The position numbers and the translations under genes are program-made. From NCBI GenBank assembly GCA_051294905.1, contig CM119386.1:9114001-9178000 (forward strand): 64,000 nt of DNA, read 5' to 3'. Origin of the DNA: Botryllus schlosseri. Taxonomy: Eukaryota. This document shows, in pieces, positions 1 to 13,017 of the stretch. The notes beneath the pieces were generated by a model. That model did no database searches. It saw nothing but the letters and a program-made list of their open reading frames with translations, and was not told the origin of the DNA. The stretch's first letter is position 1; each line of letters begins with the position of its first letter.

Positions 1-119
1 CGACTTGATTGACTCCAATACAGTCGTTCTAACGCGTCATCGCCCCTTCGCTATTTTCGCCCCCCTAGACCGTCAAATCGCCCCCTGGGGGGCGATATCG
101 CCCACGTTGGGAACCACTG
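1..119. mobile_element. hAT-type MITE family 2, one end (truncated by window start)
   Basis: Ends ...ggggggcgatatcgcccacgttgggaaccactg, the same terminus as the copy ending at 3173. Confidence 0.75.
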
Positions 120-305
120 CTCTATATAGACCGAATTTCATATTTTTTAATTCTCTCATCAACAGTCATAACCTTCCATGCCATCAAACAATCTTTTGGG
201 GTTGCTAGCATCCCGGTTGGGCTTTGTCATATGACGATAAGGGGGGCGCGAACTTTTTCACTATCATAGAGGGGGGCGTATCTAAAAGAAGGTTGAGAAC
301 CACTG
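120..305. mobile_element. End of another hAT-type element (host of the family 2 copy)
   Basis: Terminates in ggttgagaaccactg, the reverse complement of the CAGTGGTTCTCAACC TIR seen at 4843. Confidence 0.5.
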
Positions 306-361
306 CTTTATAAGAACTGCGTTGGGACCGATGCAGTCCTCGTAAAACTGCATCTCGTGGG

Positions 362-876
362 TAGGGCTGGGCACAATGATTCGAGTACTCGAATCTGAAT
401 CGAGTATTAATTTTAATGATTCGAGTCGAGTAGTAAAAGTCGATTTTTTCGAGTACTGGAATTATACGTTCCTCGCCACTGAAAGGTAATTTGTCAACGA
501 GAATTATAATTCCGATACTAATTTCCTCTGTGGATGCCTTGAAACCTTGATTGGACGTATCGCAGCATACGAAACATATAGTACAAGCTACTAACGTTAC
601 AGAAAATAGCACATTTCCAAAATTATGATCATCCCCCAACATTGTCACAAAGGGCAAAGAAGTCCATATGGTTGAAAAATACCGGAGTATCTGTAATGTG
701 ACGGAATACAGGCATCATATTCTTTGTGGTAGCATAAAAAGTGCTCAGTTGATCTTGGACATGTGACATTCTGTTATGACGTCATAATGACTGATACTCG
801 AATACTCGACTCGACTCGAAGCATATTACGTGATTCAGAATCGAATCACTCAGGTACTCGATTTTGCCCAGCCCTA
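362..876 (-). mobile_element. hAT-type MITE family 1 (515 bp), full length
   Basis: TIR TAGGGCTGGGCA at both ends; perfect 8-bp TSD CTCGTGGG (354-361 and 877-884); inverted near-identical ends to the copy at 23334. Confidence 0.93.
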
Positions 877-2727
877 CTCGTGGGTGACCCGGGGATTTCA
901 AGGTATATATGTCATAACTTGGTGCCTACTTTACTTTGGGTGTAATTTTGGCATCAAGATGGCACACGAATAAGGCTGACTCTTCTTTGAACTTGCCTTC
1001 TTTCCGTCAGAGGTGGGTTCGGTTACGTTGCTGCTCTCTCACGTGGAGATTACAGTTTCTGGGTGATGGGATTTTGCAGTAATCTCTCGACTGCACTGTA
1101 TTCGGTATGGAAAGCTCCGTCATACCAGCCATCCACAAATGCTCTGCCTCTCGCGTGGCTTCCTTTTTTCACCATCACCATACCATGTCATGACAGCGGT
1201 GTTGCATTACAACCTCACTATCAATCACATCAGTGTTCCATGCAACATTCAATGTCTACGTCGTCACGCTCTTCCTATGTCATGTATGAAACCGTTATCA
1301 ATAAATGCAAGTCTAATGAAACTGTGTTTGGTACCCTACCCTACGCTTCACTATGATTTTCACATCTGCGGGCATTTGGTATTCAAGGCTATTTTCGAAG
1401 TAATCAGTTGGAACCGCATTAGCTGAAGTTTCTTCAAAATTACATGCTTCAACTCGAATGCACGGATCGGGCGACATTGTAATTACGTTTCGCAATAAAT
1501 AAGTGGTTGAATTCGAACGTGATATGTGTACATTGTCTCAATTGGATCTATGAATATCCGCAAAGTTGCAGCTTATCCGAATAATTGCTACATCCATCGC
1601 AACGATTTTCGAAAAGACACGCTCGAATGAATATTTACTCTGGCCAGGTATCGAATTTCACTTAATCGCGGCTTCAGTTCATATTAAAACAGACATAATA
1701 TCAGGATATATGTTCAAGTACATCGGAGTGGGTTCAAGTTACATTCTCGCTAGTACATTCTCGCCTAAATTCACTTCACCATATTTTGCAAATCTAATGT
1801 TACTGCTCTCGCAATTGAATTCACGATAAAGCGTCTGTTACCAAATTTTTCCTTTGGTTATCGAATATTGCTATATGTTTGATACACGTAACTTCAATAT
1901 ACATTCAACTGTAGTCAATTGTAGTATCTGTCAAGCGTATCTAACCAATGTTGTCCTGAGTTGGTATACTGGTATATCATGGCGTTGACTGCGAGAGCAT
2001 GGACCTGCCTTACGGATAAACATATTGGTCTTTTGTGTGAATTGAGGCTATTAATATAGTTCATCACGTTTTCTGTAATCACACAACTAATCACGATCAT
2101 TCATATTTGACATTCGCTGAGATTTCTAAATCTATATCTTTTGTGACGCAACACATGATTGATTAGACTTGTTGGAATGCATGCCTACGTGGGACAAGCC
2201 CGATCATCCGATATTTGGACGGATGGACGCCTCCTTTGGTTTTAAGAGTGTGTAAATGTGTCAGATAGCCTGTAACTAGTGGGTTATGTGTTTGTCAGAT
2301 CAACGCTTTGCAATGCATTCAATTTTACGTTCGCAACGATAAGTTTACTTCTGATACCCCGGTCGAGCGGGAGTGCCAGCGATAGTATATTATGAGACTA
2401 TAATGTTAGATTCGTAGAATAGATGCGGCGCATGTGATGCTCGACATAACACATGCAGTAATCGTTGTATACCTTGAACATAAGTTGAGGCCGTGATGAA
2501 ACGCTGAACGACGGATCCGATTGCAATACCCCACGGGCCCAAATCTCACTATCCAGGCCGTTTAGCAGAATATATTTATTTTTCGAATTGCATTAGAGGC
2601 CTACTACAAATCCCAACCCCAGGCAAGATATTCTAAATATAGAGTTGAGTAACTTATATACGAAGTGACCATTATACTTTAATATGATTTAAACTTGACC
2701 CAGAATACTCTAGACAAGACTGTAGAT

Positions 2728-3173
2728 CGGTGAGCGGTTGCCAACCCTTTTCGACTCATCGCTCCTTTATCAAGTTCGACGTATGTTTATCTCGCCCATA
2801 TTTTCGGAGCTATAGAAAAAGGGCACATGAACGGGGAATTTACACAGGTATCACTGAACGCCGGTAATTGACTAAAAAAGGTCAACTTTGACTTTCTCGG
2901 CGATCCCTGAAAATCCCGGTATCTGTTGAGAGTTTGAGGCGACTTGACCTTTTTTTAGTGAACTTTCGCAGCAGTTCCAGAAAAAAAAAGTGTTTAACGT
3001 GCGTTTCGTGCCGGCGTTCGGTTGCCGGTTAATGAAATATATTACTGACGCAACGTTCTGACATTTCGCTCGACTATCGCCTCCTTCGTACGTTTTCGCC
3101 CCCGCCCCAATCGCATCTTTGTTTCTCAAAATCGCTCAGTGGGGGGCGATATCGCCCACGTTGGGAACCACTG
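2728..3173. mobile_element. hAT-type MITE family 2 (about 446 bp)
   Basis: 8-bp TSD CTGTAGAT (2720-2727 and 3174-3181); degenerate left TIR, intact right TIR; homologous to 20596-21027 in opposite orientation. Confidence 0.8.
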
Positions 3174-4081
3174 CTGTAGATGAAGCGACATCGGATTGGA
3201 ATGTAAAATAGTGTCGACAATATTCAAACTTTTTAAACCACAATTCACAAGCATATAGACTAAAATATAGACTGGATTGTGATATATCTCGGTAACAAGT
3301 AGGACTGTTGAACTCATTCTGGTCACCATTTTCCTAATATCACGGTGGACTTTTCGAATGCCGCGGGTATTTTAGATCTTCGTAACGCATCCGCATTTTA
3401 GCATCACCGTACCTACCACGATGGTCTTGCACAACGCGCAGCTTGGCATCTCATAGAAAAATTATCTGAGGTTTCGAATCAGCCACGATGTTGGTCAAGG
3501 AAACGGGAGTTTTAACTTGGCACTCTTTAATGAACAATTTCGGTAGCGCAATTACATCTGTGCGGAAAACAGAACAGGGTATCAGGATTCCAGAAGTTAC
3601 CCATGTCATACTCACTGACTATATGAGTATTTGCACGTTAGAATTCTATATCGAAGTGATCCATGCCTCTTTTTATTGTCGATATACATTAATAGCTCCT
3701 GGGATGTATGTATAATTGCATATGCTGAAGAAGCAAATTCCCTAAATGGATCATCCAATAAAACTATCAACCCTTTGTCTGAAGCGACGCCGAAATTGAA
3801 AGATCACAAAATCGTGATTTCGATAGACGCCGAAGCGCATCCCTCATTTTAACGGTTGTATCACGGAATGTCCTTGTCACATAAATTGTTTTGGCGAAGT
3901 GGATGTGAGCAATTATGCACGTGCGAGTGCACCTTTATCTCCGTAGCATGTTCCTGCAGTCCGCATGAGAAAGTATCATTTTGCATTAGCATGTCACGCT
4001 TTTATTCTGAAACGAGTGTTATAGACGTGTGTTGGTACCATATTCAGCACCTCGCCATCATAATACAGAAGATCGGATCGT

Positions 4082-4320
4082 TGGTGTAAAATAAACGCAG
4101 CAGTCGAAACACCATGAATACTAAAAATAGCAATGATTTGGTCGGTGTATACTGTATAGTCCACATGAAGAAGTATCATTTTACATTAACACATAATCTG
4201 ACTTGAGCATTGACTTTTGTATAATAGTAATATTTGGTCAGCTCATAAATCATAATTTGGAACGGCCTGGTGTAAATGACCAATGTAATTCAAACACCAT
4301 AAATAGTAAAAACAAACAGC
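4082..4320 (+). mobile_element. Two SINE 3'-end fragments (about 4082-4133 and 4263-4320)
   Basis: Both carry tggtgtaaa...aaacaccat...aaaa(c)aa as in the full copies. Confidence 0.55.
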
Positions 4321-4842
4321 ATCGTCATGTTATACCATCCTGTAAATGAATTATGTCCTCCAAAGCTAGAAGTCTATCTACTCTGTAATTACGACAATAT
4401 GAGGCATCGTGGAAGTTCGTTTGAGCGTTTCAAGTTGTCTGTTGTCAAACGAGGCCCTCCGCTCCTCAGTGTGGCCGGTGCCACTGTAGGCTGACCGACG
4501 AAGTTGCTCGTAAATTACGTAGCGTTGCGTCGATCGTCTCAAGACCCGTGTTTTTTAGACCTATTAAGCGACATTTTCAGCATTCCTGACCTTTTTTAGC
4601 AGGTGACTGGATTATTTAGGATATATATTTCAGTGATTACTCCTCGCACCACGGCAGTGGGCCCCGTGGGCCGCGAATGCGCAACGTTGAGAATCACCGT
4701 TTTTATAGTTTTTTTGTTGTCTCGAACGTTATTTTTGGTTGGAAATTTTGACTTCCGTGGCTCGTGATATTGGTTTTATACCGACGCTCATGCTCACACG
4801 GTATCAACGATACCGATGTCGGTATTTCGCATCATTTTAGAG

Positions 4843-5652
4843 CAGTGGTTCTCAACCTTTTTGTCTTTGCAGACCCCCTCAAGTTTTCGTTCAAAATTAG
4901 CTTAATTATCGTGCAACCGTCATCTGTCTCGTGCAAGTATTGATTGTAGGCTAGTGATAATGATAAACAACCACAAAATGGCTTTTCTATAAAATAACAT
5001 CACACTATATGTAGAACTTGGGTAGACTTTTATTATTTCGAAACGAATTTTGCAGCTGTATTTATTCTCTTGAAAATCCGCGTCTTCGATTGGATATGAA
5101 CGAGTGCCGAAAATCCATATCCACAAAGATATATTGGTGGCGAATGTAATATTAACGCGTAACGCTTCTGGATGACGACAGCTTTTAGTGTGTTTTTAAT
5201 GAACATGAACATTGAACATATCACGTCCAGCGTAGTCATTTCAATCTAGCATCTCGTCTTGAAGTTATTTAGTGGTTATATCACAGGAGAAAATGGATAG
5301 CGTGGCGAGGTTTCAATTTCTTCATTGGGACAGAATAGGAAAATTCAGGAATTTATATGATTTCAAACGACTGTTTACTAATTTGCTGAGACTGACAACT
5401 CCGAATACAAAATGCTATCTGCAACATTTCATTTTTCCACAAACCACAACGAAACATCTCTAAACAGCAATATGTTTGCATCTGCAGGCTAGTAATTTGA
5501 CAATTAAAATGAGTTTACACAACCGGGTATTTCATCTCAGACGACCAGTTTAGTGATGCGAGTCCTGAAATTAGGTTATCAATCACTTTACGAATTTAGA
5601 GGTTCTGCGGACGCCCTGAAAATGCTTCGCGGACCCTGGTTGAGAACCACCG
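4843..5652. mobile_element. Non-autonomous hAT element family 3 (810 bp)
   Basis: TIR CAGTGGTTCTCAACC ... GGTTGAGAACCACCG; perfect TSD TTTTAGAG. Confidence 0.9.
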
Positions 5653-5835
5653 TTTTAGAGGTTAAAAGAAGATATAACACGGAAACCAACATCATGATTA
5701 GCAAATGTATCTTGCGTGAGGCAATTTGATGATACGAACGATTCTAAACACGATCTATTATCGGAACGAGTATATCATTGTAGTAATTGCACCATATGTC
5801 TTGTTTGTGATTAGCTGGTTAGCGACTGATTACTT

Positions 5836-7109
5836 CAGTGGTTCCCAACCTTTTTCGGGCCTTCGGCCGATATATGAGCAAAAATTCCCACTAAGAAAAA
5901 GTAGCCCGCTAACTGAAGAAGGTAAATTTTCCCCGCGTAGACATCATTACATTTTGGTTAAGTGCCACTGTCCAGTGTCCACTTTCGTATCCATTTATTT
6001 AACGCTACGTGCAATGTTGTTAGAAAACAAATCAAAAGAAAATAAGTCGTTACTTTGCGCTGTGAAAACATTGCGCTAAATTCGGCAATGGTTTTTCCCG
6101 ATTGGGTAGCTGTTGACTAAAAATAAATCATCAAGTTCGCTTCCTTTGATGAATTTGGCGTGTTTTATCCTGTTCGGCAGATGTTGACTTGAAAAAACGG
6201 TAAACACTTTCACTAGCGGCCTGGCGATGATGGATTCTGCATGGCTTGCCCCCAATTTGTAGGAATGTGACCGAGATGCTGTCGCAGGCCTAACAGAACC
6301 ATGTCGCGAGTCGCACTTTAGCACACAAGTGAGCTAGTTTTAAAAAATGAAGAGATAGGGTGCACGAAAATGGAAGATTTCAAATAGTATTTAAACCGAT
6401 GGCTCTTACCGTTTACTAATCCGTCGAACACCTACAGCTACACTAATCTGCAAGCCTTCGCGGAACCGCAAATTTTCGCTGAGTGACGACAACAAATATC
6501 TAACACAATGCACATTTAATACATTATTATAGATTATTGGAGCACAAAATGACTTGTAAATCAACGAATTGTTAAAAGAACAAAACCATTAAAATAATAT
6601 TTTACACAGAACGGAAACATAATATGGAACATCAATTGCAAATCAGTGTGACGTCTGCTGTTCCCTTTCATATACCAGTTCAGAAATATGAGGTTTTACC
6701 TTGGAAGGTGTCACCGTATTATTCGGTCGAAACATAACATCATGATATCAATTGCCTAAATACAAATGATCTTATAAATATTGGACAGGCATTTGTCATT
6801 TCAGACGGACGGGGTTTCGATTGTAACCCCCTACCTCCCCTGCGTACGCCACTGCACAGTGCCCACGGACGTACCACAGTCACAATTCGACTACTTATCG
6901 GCCCTATGATTACCTGCAACCCCTAGTATTCTATGGAACACCAGTTCAGAACATACTATATAGCTAAAAATCAGCCGAAATCATCACACATTTGGAAACA
7001 ACTAGATTCATACTTTACAGTTCTGCCTTAAACATCAAAAAGTTTGTTGAGACCAGGTGTACCACCCCTTACCCCTAAAACTACGAAATCGTCCGGCTGG
7101 GAACCACTG
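5836..7109. mobile_element. Non-autonomous hAT element family 4 (1274 bp)
   Basis: TIR CAGTGGTTCCCAACC ... GGCTGGGAACCACTG (14/15); TSD GATTACTT / GATAACTA (6/8). Contains a further hAT-like terminus (tgcgtacgccactg) near 6841-6854. Confidence 0.8.
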
Positions 7110-7129
7110 GATAACTAGGACATCATTAA

Positions 7130-7613
7130 TTCGCCCCTCTTTCCCTCGCGGCCCTTACCCGAGCCCGAGTGTCAAAAGATACATCTCTCCTTTCAGATTT
7201 ACTCGCCGATAGGTGGCGCACATAATAATACTTGCAGTCAACTTGATTGTGTGCGTAGTAATGGCCGCTTCCGCCGGTCGTCATTTTCTGTCGTAAAGCG
7301 CAAACTCGCTCCGATTCGGTTTTATCAAGGGAGTAATTTGCAAGGAACGATATAGCTATCGATCCGTTCGTGTATGAGAGGCGTTCCACCGAAATAGCGG
7401 GCACTGCGGGAATAACGTTACTGTGCCTAACGACGTAGTGACGTGTTGCGCGCTATCGTAATTTGATTATCGCCGCGAAAGGTTGCAGTAGGTCTGAGTT
7501 AGAGCGAGTTAACGCGTAAATTTCAGTCGGCTGAGAGTGCACCTAGGTGCGAATCGCTTTCTTGAAGTTCTGTTTCAGAAAGTTTGCTGGACTATTGGAT
7601 CTCTGGTTAGCAA
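7130..7613 (+). promoter_or_regulatory. Putative CpG-rich promoter / non-coding first exon for isoform A
   Basis: CpG-dense non-repeat segment just after two hAT insertions. Candidate donor CAA|gtgagc at 7614 and acceptor tttaccttttcactcag| at 8348, upstream of ATG 8376. Confidence 0.35.
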
Positions 7614-8375
7614 GTGAGCCTGAACATATATTGATACCTCGACCAGAAATAGGATTGTAACGCTCTCAGTTTCAGTTGTAGTCGTCAGAATAATGATTTG
7701 TCTAAACACCCTTCATTTTTAGCGAGAGTCATTATCAGTCCGTACGTTTGGCCAGCTGTGTGTGTATTATTGGCCACCTTTATCGGTGGTTTACGACCAT
7801 GAATAAATAACAAAGGATGCATCATTGCATATGGCTCGTCCATTTAATATCCGACATCCGATTACCCTATGCTGAATGCCGCACTCCATGGCTCAGAACC
7901 TTGAATTAATACCAAGTAGCCATAGTAAATGACAAAAATATCTGATGCTGCTGTTCCTACCATTGTGAGCCCGTATAAATAGCGGACTTCCGTTAATACG
8001 CTCATTAAAATTCGCTAATGCGATTCATTTTGCGAGATCCGCAGCACAGCCACATTTATTACCTCGTTTTTGGTGATACTGAATGTGGTAATTCTGGTAT
8101 ATAATTGATGTATTTACTTCATCAATACCGCAAAGGCTCCTGATTTCTTGCCGGTTGGTTTTGTAGAGAGGCCCATACCGACACTGCCATTCTTTGATAT
8201 GCGTGCGTATCCAATGTTTTGTCAGGTGTCTGAAAGCGAAGGTAGCACACGCGTTGAGTTTTGGCAACAGAGTCAGGCGTTTCGTGTATTTCAAAGAGTA
8301 TATTCGGGTTTTCGGATGATCATCCTTCATGTTTACCTTTTCACTCAGGGTAGATAAGAGTGTTTATAGTTCTAT

Positions 8376-8839
8376 ATGGCGTCGTCCGCATCTTCACCGT
8401 CGCACAAACCCGAAAAATCGATACCAAGCGAGGGCACGGCGTTCCTATTGCGGCGCAGCCGCCAAAGCAGGAAGTCCCCATTGTCTTCCCCGGCTATCTC
8501 AAGAAAATCAAACCCTGGGCTTGGCACTGTGGTCGAGACCACGGAAGCGGATCAAAGCAACGGATTGCGCCGCCCTAGGACTATAGCCCGACCGCGATCG
8601 CCCAGTCCCAGCCACGAACACCAACGGATACCGGCGCCAGCCTTTTCGCCGATGACAATGCGAAGGTTGGAGAGCAAGCATCTGGCCGCGAAGATACGGC
8701 AGTCTTCCAACGCGGGCTTCGGATCTCCGGAAGGACGGAGTCCGGTTTCGTCTCCGGTCGGGTCTCCGTCTATGATGAGAAGGATTATCGTGGGGAGAGG
8801 CGGCGTGCAACGTAGAAGGTTCACACTGGCGAAAATGAA
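8376..8839 (+). CDS. PDE4: PDE4 alternative first coding exon A (long isoform, PDE4D5/PDE4B3-like N-terminus)
   Basis: ATG 8376 plus 154 codons + 2 nt, ending ATG AA|gtaagt (phase 2, in frame with 41991 giving ...RRRFTLAKMN-FDENG). The end SPVSSPVGSPSMMRRIIVGRGGVQRRRFTLA aligns ungapped with recalled PDE4B3 SPRSSPRNSPCFFRKLLVNKSIRQRRRFTVA. Confidence 0.87.
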
Positions 8840-9242
8840 GTAAGTGCATTTTGGAAATCGGTCAGATATCATCATCGTCGAGTCGAAGAAAATAGCAACA
8901 ACGTCAGAAATATCAAACAAAATGACATCACAAATATCGAATCTAATGTTTTAGGGGGCAAGGGCGTCTTAGGTAGCTATGCCGATGATCACTTCATTTA
9001 GATACAGTGGTGACTCACAGGGGGCTATTGCGCCGTTGAAAAAGGATTTCACATCGATGATATTGCTAATTAATCAATTGCACGGATTTTTGAACTTAAT
9101 TGAAATATTATTGGCTTGGCGTTGGATTTGCGAATTGCAGGAATATTGCAGTAGAAAGTGTTATTCTTAATTCAGTCATAGGCAGGGTATGTTTTGTGAA
9201 ATTACTATATTTCCATCGCAAGATCAAATGTTAAGACTAGTC

Positions 9243-9345
9243 GCGCTAGAAGTCGGCAGCCACGGAATCAAATTGAAAGAATGCAAGCCTGGTGTAAATG
9301 ACCATTACAGTCTAAAAACACCTTGAATACCACTAACAACAACAA
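9243..9345 (+). mobile_element. SINE 3' fragment
   Basis: aagtcggcagc...gcctggtgtaaatgacc...aaacacc...(aac)n tail. Confidence 0.7.
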
Positions 9346-10284
9346 GCCGTTAGTAGTGGTTGGAATCATGTTGAAATTATACGTGATAAAATACCTGCCC
9401 GCAAATGCCTGAGAGAGAACAGGGTGACATCGATAGACCTTACATGGTAAAGTAACTGCTGAACCACACACACATCGCCTATTAACTATATATATTTGGT
9501 TATTGAGGTGCGGGTATAGAGTTATATTTGTACCATATGCATGCGTATAGCCATACATTATTCATCCATCGTGCAATAAAGGGCTATGTATAGTAGTAAC
9601 CCATAGCAACAGTGAAATATATGTTCATTTCGAATCTAATTTAAGGTTCGGATTTCGGATGAGTAAGGAGAACCCTGCTCGGTATATCGGATCGATTAGA
9701 TGTCACGAGTTTTGATATAGTCCGACATACGGGGTTGTCGCGGTATACCCTACTATTATCATGGCACCGAACGCCGTGGCATGAAATGGGAATTTAAGAC
9801 TAAAAGGCCAGTTGCTTACGGTTCAGTACATGCACCAAATGATGATGGATATTGCTTTGGAGCGTTGGAATCAATTCCAGTCCAAGAAATGTGATACGAA
9901 GTGTGATAAGAATAGAGTGCAACACCGGGATATGTTTTGACCTCTGTTCCTACGGCCTATCACAAAAATTGATTTATCGAACGTTCACATCTTAAAAGCA
10001 GGATTATTGCTTCTGTTACTGGACGCTTGACGTCAGAATGTGTACGGTATTCATGGATGAGTGCGTTTCGCTTCAATTAGGGATGAGATTAACGGGAAGA
10101 TTGGATTTGCGGTCGGGCCGATATGTGTAGTGGCAGTTTCCCCTGACTAAATGACATTGAATCGCGTAGTCGAATTTCGCGGCTACTGCAAAATTGATAA
10201 CGATTGGAGTAGCGGGTCTGGTCCGATGAATTTTCTGGTGTCCCTAGCCGACTTTTATCAATGTATTTCAACGACATTTCTACT

Positions 10285-10499
10285 GATCGAGGTCGACTCC
10301 AGAATTCGTTCAAGTGTTGGAGGTTTATCTAGCCTCCTCGTTGTCATGTGATCCGTGTAAGCGGTATCTTACGAAATCATAGAACAAATTTGGCCGTGCT
10401 ACAAGTCGGCAGTTCAGGAACCATAATAAAGAATACCTGTCTGGTGTAAATGACAGTAGTAGTCGAACCACCATGATTACCAAAATCCACACAACGACA
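10285..10499 (+). mobile_element. SINE copy, 5' decayed
   Basis: Shares ggtcgactccagaattc...ggaggtttatctagc...ctggtgtaaatgac...accatgattac with the other copies. Confidence 0.8.
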
Positions 10500-10665
10500 T
10501 TCTAATTGCCGACAAATTGGCATCCTGCCTCAATTTCGAGGTAAATATTTTCATCACAGATGACAATAAAATTCCACTTGAAGAACGCGAACACCATAAA
10601 ATACCAATGCTTGGATTGGTGGTGAGGACAGGGGGCTACATAGCCTATCTTACCAGACTTTATAT

Positions 10666-10730
10666 CAGGGGTCACCAACACGCGGCTCGCGAGGTCACAT
10701 TTTGCGGCCCGCGACCGAATTTGAGAATTC
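10666..10730 (+). mobile_element. hAT-like terminal fragment
   Basis: CAGGGGTCACCAACACGCGGCTCGCGAGG...GCGGCCCGCGA is a typical hAT/Charlie terminus; the other end was not found. Confidence 0.5.
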
Positions 10731-11076
10731 GGAAGAACGCTGTTGCTGAAATTGATTTCCGTTTCAAAATATTGTTGTTGTTTCAAAATAAACTGTTCTC
10801 CTGTGTCCAATAGGGGTCTTCAAAAATGACTTTTTTTCTCAAATCGTACTGGCTACTTGATGAAATTGTTAGGTTACCTAATTTAAGTCTACACACCAAA
10901 TTTGGTTCAATTCCAACCAGTAGCCGCATTGCTACAGGAGAAGAAAGTTTCTATTTGTTGTATAAAAATGAATAATAAAAAATTTGAAAATTTTCTGTTC
11001 ACCTCATGAAAGTGTTAGGTTGTCCATAGAAACGATGTTCACCAAATTTGTTTCAATTCCAACCAGTGGAAGCGGA

Positions 11077-11209
11077 GTTATTGCCGTCGAAAAATTCGGA
11101 TTATGAATAAAATAGTATTTACGGTGACCAATTCTTTAATTATTTAGTATGGTGGTGCTCACCGTAAATACTATTTTATACAAATCCGAATTTTGTCGAC
11201 AGCAATAAC
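11077..11209. repeat. Inverted repeat, about 51-bp arms with 31-bp spacer
   Basis: 11077-11127 is nearly the reverse complement of 11159-11209. Confidence 0.85.
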
Positions 11210-11765
11210 CAAGTAATATCCGTTTGATTTTCTCTCCGTTGCCACGACGGAAGATGTCGCTAAAGTGCTATCGATTTCATCCTTTTCGTCAGGTGCGCCC
11301 TTTGCATGTGTAAATACACCGGTTCTTCTGGTAACATCCTGAACATAACATGAATGACGGTTGAGACTATCCTGGTATTGTAGAATCGCGAAGGACCTCC
11401 TGCATGGTAATTAGGATCAAACAATTCACATATTGGCAAACAAAATCATTCCGCTTAACTGCATCACACAAACATCCCTTACGTTAACATGGTCTGGCTA
11501 AACTGCAAATTTTAACTAGGTCATGTGATTCGAGGTGATGTAAAAGCTCCATCGGGGATAGGAAAGTACTTGACCGAACTTACGAAAGAATATATCCAAG
11601 TCGCAAAGGGTGCAATTTCCGCTCTTGAAATAATTGCCCGTCACTGTTCGACTCGTAACACTGCAATCAATACTCGGCTTGGATCATGGTACTAGAATGG
11701 CTGTGCCCACCCCGATCTAAAACCTTGTTTTTTCGCACTTAACTACGCTTTGTCAACTCTGCTTG

Positions 11766-12049
11766 GTTGTTGTTGTTGTTGTTGTTTGTAGTATTCATGG
11801 TGTTTGTAGACTACTAGGGTCATTTACAGCGGGCCAATTTTCATCATTTTTATTCCGCAGCTGCCAACTGGTAGCACGGCCCACTTCTGGGCTTTTTATG
11901 AGGCACCGACTACACGGATGAGATGGCGAGGAGTAGCCTAGATAAACCTCCGACACTTGGTTAGGAATTCTGGAGTCGACCTTGGTCGGACACGAACTCG
12001 CAACCCAATGGTGTTGCAGCTGTGGATTAAACCACTACGCTATCTCGGC
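11766..12049 (-). mobile_element. tRNA-derived SINE, full length
   Basis: On the minus strand: head with A-box AGCGTAGTGG and B-box GAGTTCGTGTCC, a conserved body shared with other copies, and a (CAA)n tail. Confidence 0.85.
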
Positions 12050-12757
12050 TTGGTGTGGTAACTGTCACGCTTAGATTGAAGATTTTGGTTGTGAGGAATT
12101 CATCCATTAATTGTCAACTGAAATCCATTGATATTCTAGATCTGGGATGATCTGCTCCCATCAGTTGTGTTGCTGTTAGTGTTAGTCTGTTGGCTTAGGT
12201 ATTGTACCATAAATATTCGAGACCTTCTCTTCTTTCGAATTCAGTGATCCAGGACCGTACGCTTTTCGATATGAAAACTTCATTTTACCCAATGTACCAT
12301 TATAAATGTGGCATGAATTGATATTGCACAGAACAAAAGTATAAGTAGCCACACTAACGCGCATATCTAAGAAGCATGATCTGTTTTATTTACACTCAAT
12401 TTGCTCCTGCCCCAACATCATTATTTCTATTTATTCTGGATTGGATACGCAGAGCAGAAGTAGCAGGCTCGATTCACACTGCTGTCTCAATAACCCTACT
12501 AGCTAGTGATTCCAGTGCCGGTCCCGGACACAGTTGCGGTAGGAAGGACATCTGGTGTAAAATGCACAACCTCACCGAATTCATGATGCGGATCACTGAG
12601 ACTTGATTAACAGTGGCCACTGCGAAAGTCGACAATGCACAATGCACATAATATCCCAATACATGGTTTTGCTGACGAAGACGTTCTACCCATACCAGAT
12701 GACGTCATTTGCTACTATAGTAATCCTATAATCCGGTACAGTGGTACCCATGCCATG

Positions 12758-13017
12758 GTATAATCCGCGGCTGCAACACCAATGGGTGCGGGTTCGAGTC
12801 CGACCGAGGTCGACTTCCGAATTCCGATACCTAAGTGTTGGAGGTTTACCTAGGCTCCTCCTCGCCACCTCATCCGCGTTAGCGGTGTCTTACAAAAGCC
12901 TAGAGGTGGGCCGTGCTATAAGTCGGCAGTTACGGAAAAATAAGAAGAATATAGGCCTGGTGTAAATGACCATAGTAGTCGACAAACACCATGATTACCT
13001 CAAAAACAAACAAACAA
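12758..13017 (+). mobile_element. tRNA-derived SINE copy flanked by 77-bp direct repeats
   Basis: B-box GGTTCGAGTCC, same body as 11766-12049, (CAAA)n tail; flanks 12681-12757 and 13018-13094 differ at one base. Confidence 0.88.

Noticed and set aside
205-657. 150-aa ORF echoed by similar ORFs at 23448-23851 and 14558-14811
   Set aside because: The similarity comes from copies of MITE family 1, not from a gene family; there are no transposase motifs.
11985-12049. tRNA-like sequence with A and B boxes
   Set aside because: It continues into a SINE body and tail found in several copies, so it is a SINE head, not a functional tRNA gene.
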